Below, piece after piece: positions 61,201-64,000 of a DNA stretch of 64,000 nt. The position numbers were made by a program, and so were the translations under genes. The notes beneath the pieces were generated by a model that was given only the letters and a program-made list of their open reading frames with translations, searched no databases and had not been told where the DNA came from. The stretch comes from Pocillopora damicornis (taxonomy: Eukaryota): positions 186,001 through 250,000 of the forward strand of contig NW_020846447.1 in NCBI RefSeq assembly GCF_003704095.1, read 5' to 3'. How positions within the stretch are numbered: position 1 is the first letter of the stretch; each line of letters opens with the position of its first letter.

Positions 61201-63512
61201 AATTGTTAATAGCTTTGACTCTTTGACCTTATAGTTGAGAAGAAAAGAATACAAAGAATGAAGCGTGCTGGTAAAGATCAGTCCACCACAGAAACTTATG
61301 AATCTTTGGTAAGATATTTAAACACTTTTACAAATTAGATCAATGTTTACATTAAATTATTGCATTGTGACAGTTGGAATCATGCCCATATTTCCCTGTT
61401 CCCTGTTGTCTTTACTTAACGCATTAAATTGCTCTGGGTTTTCTACAAGTTCTCAAACTTATGACCCCTTCCCCCAATATTGCAGCAGAATTCCCCCCCC
61501 CTTACCAGCTAAGCTGCAAAGGACTCTTTGGTGAGCTAGGAAAGGTGGTAGAGTCACATAAAATTATGAGACTGTCTGTATATAACAAATTCTTAACTTT
61601 GTGTTGTTATTGTTCTGAGCAAGACTTCAAAGCTTCAGATGTTGGATGATGAAATTTCAGATTGTGAGAGTCGATTAAAGCAAGATGCAGGGGGTAAGTT
61701 TTTTGTAAAGTGGATTTAATGGTTAAGATAGATGTTCGGAGAAATTCCATTTTACAGTTGTTGGCTGCTATATTTTACTAGCCCTTTGTACTTGCAAATT
61801 CTACATGTGATTTTCAAAGAGGATTAAAATTTGTCAGTGAGCATTTTAACACTAGTTTCCAGTGCAGTTTTTTATTAATTGACATCTCATTTGGTTTGAC
61901 TACTTCATGTTTTTTAGGAAGAAATGGTTCAATGTCTGGAGATGCTGACTCTTTGGATGATTTCATGAGCTCACTTGGAACATCACTAGACAAGACAACA
62001 AGGACTCAGATCAGAAGAAAAATATTTGACCTGAAAAAGGTGAATTTAGTAATAACTTTAAATTTACCATATTAAGTGACTGTTTGATTTGAGACTACAT
62101 TGGTTTTGCTTTATGTTACTTTGTGTTTGATCTAGAAATAGTTCCTCACAAAGCCAAGAACATGTACATGTTTCTCTCTTTGGCTTCTCAGTATGTCTCT
62201 TATATATTTTTGTTACTACTTTCCACTAGTTTTGGTTCACAATACTCAATCAGTAAAATTGCCTTTTATGCATGTAATGTTAAGTGGTAAAGGCACGAGG
62301 AAGGTCATCATGAGAAGATTTGTAAAGGCATAATATCTCTATTATTTTCTAGGAAAGACAAAGACTGGTCAAACTTGTTAATATTGCCAAGCCAGCTAAT
62401 CTTCCACCAGTTACAGAGTAAGAGGAATTTTCAATGGCAAATGTGAAATCTTATTTTAAACAATTTGCGAGAATATTCCACCCTCACATCTGTGTTTTTA
62501 CCATGAGCTGTGACAAAGTAACTTAATTTTAAAATAGGGTATGCAGTTAGACCTAAATTGCTGCATTTCTAAATTTGGTCCACCTAGTATTGTTTGGGTG
62601 TTTTTTTGTTTTGTTTTGAGGTTAATAATTAAAAATTGCCAAAAAAATGTCAATTACTCCAAGGCAAGTTGCTACAAGCTGATACTTGTATTAACACCTT
62701 CATTAGCTATTTCTGACAATTGTTTTGCTTTTCAGGCAAGCACCTGATACTTATCTCAAAAAGTTGAGCACTGAATCTGAAAGTAAAGCTACTGACTCTT
62801 CATCAAATAAGACAGCAGATATAAACACAGATTCTAGACACATATTCCCAGCTACACTAGAGAAAGAAAAAGAAACCAAAAGGTCAGCTGATAAGGAACA
62901 TTTACATGAAAAGGTACTCAGGGACAACAGTCAATCAGATCTTACAGAACAGAAAGAATTTGCTGTTCCTGTTTTGCCTGCTTTGGGTGGAAGGAAAAAA
63001 AATCAACAAAAGAAGGATGTTGTAGTGCCATCAGACAGTGACAAGACTGTAGACATAGAAGAAACAGAAAAGTTTGGGCAAGAAGAAGATGGGGAGAGTG
63101 AACTAGGAAGGAAAAGAGTCAATTCAGATGTAGCGATGGACATGCAGGAAGATGATAAGAACAGAACAGAAGAAAATGTAAGCTGTGAATATTTCCCCTA
63201 AAATATGTATTGTATGTACATTAATTGTCAATGTCAAGTGGGAAGTATGATGGTATAAAATTATGTGATGATAATTAGGAAAATGCTACTTAAGAGAAAG
63301 TAAAATGGTCTACAAATCTCTTCTATTCAAAATGGGTAACTGAAATCTTAAGTTGTAGCAGTTACTTTGACCACCTCATTTTTCTTTGCTTTTTCCCCTA
63401 GAATGAAGATATTCCAAAAAAGAGAAGAAAGATGAAGAAACGGTCATATGGTGTGCCCACACAGTGGCAGGCTGATAGTGACCCTTCATTTACTGCATGG
63501 ATGCCTCCTGAA
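58210..63512 (+). CDS. SLC4A1AP: Kanadaptin (FHA plus dsRBD-like); multi-exon, continues beyond the last visible exon
   Basis: LPYKEPSWSG, LEVLKNG, FGRLPSCDVSLEHPSVSRYHAVIQY, YDLGSTHGTF, IKFGGSSRLFILQ-GPE, GIDWGMGEDA, KDPKKTLRGFFEREG, KKEAVLECAKEACRMLD, WEENDFYDSDEDNFLDRTG, ETYESL, WMPPEG. Confidence 0.95.
58968..59096. repeat. Hairpin MITE in kanadaptin intron 1
   Basis: catgatttctcgtgcaatttggtgtaaataagcac...caaagac versus gtctttg...gtgcttattaacaccaaattgcactcaagatcatg. Confidence 0.8.
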
Positions 63513-64000
63513 GGTTTGTCCACTTGTTGACTGTTGAAAGTGACTGGTTATACAGTTCTTATAACTTAGGGAAGTGTTCCTCCAAAGGACAAGAAAATGT
63601 TTGTGAGGTGCAAACTAAGGAAGTTGAAAGGTGGTATGGTCTAAATGATCAAATAAAAAAAAAACACCAAGGTACATAAACCACCTTTCATGCCATCTGT
63701 TCAGTGATGTTCTCTGATTAAGGGAGACCTACTTAGACATGGCCACAAGTCAAGCTGATGAAGTTGCTTTAATAAAGGGCTAATGCCTGAAACTTGACTA
63801 CAGGGGTGGTAAATTTACAATATCAACTCAGTTGATAAATCCAAATTATCCTGTGCCACCTGCACTGACACAGCATCACAGTCTCTTTAGAAGCTTACCA
63901 CATTTATACAAAGGCTGAGTTTTTGATTAGAATAGTTTCCGCAAGGCTCAAAAACTATGTTGAGATCAAAATAGAAGCCTACCCAACAACTGGAATGGCT

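Overview
Eukaryotic, AT-rich, intron-containing genomic DNA with ~100-N scaffold gaps. Gene content and repeat families suggest a scleractinian coral (Pocilloporidae-like; this is inference). Genes assembled by hand from splice sites, in order: (1) degenerate duplicate of an MMP-like 3' end and a TLDc pseudo-exon; (2) intact BTB/POZ-TLDc gene (+); (3) five-exon secreted MMP-like gene whose catalytic Glu is replaced by Leu (-); (4) internally deleted pogo/Tc2-like transposon carrying a HIRAN-like second ORF; (5) SLC49A4/DIRC2-like MFS transporter (-) with a 795-nt phase-1/1 exon encoding a LamG/concanavalin-A-like domain, spliceable in frame into the TM5-TM6 luminal loop (top finding); (6) ~10 kb non-coding interval; (7) GPATCH11 (+); (8) a large uncharacterised low-complexity gene (-) head-to-head with NSL1 (+); (9) kanadaptin/SLC4A1AP (+), running off the window. 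MITEs, tRNA-SINEs and Penelope remnants are scattered throughout. No CRISPR, rRNA or bona fide tRNA was seen.
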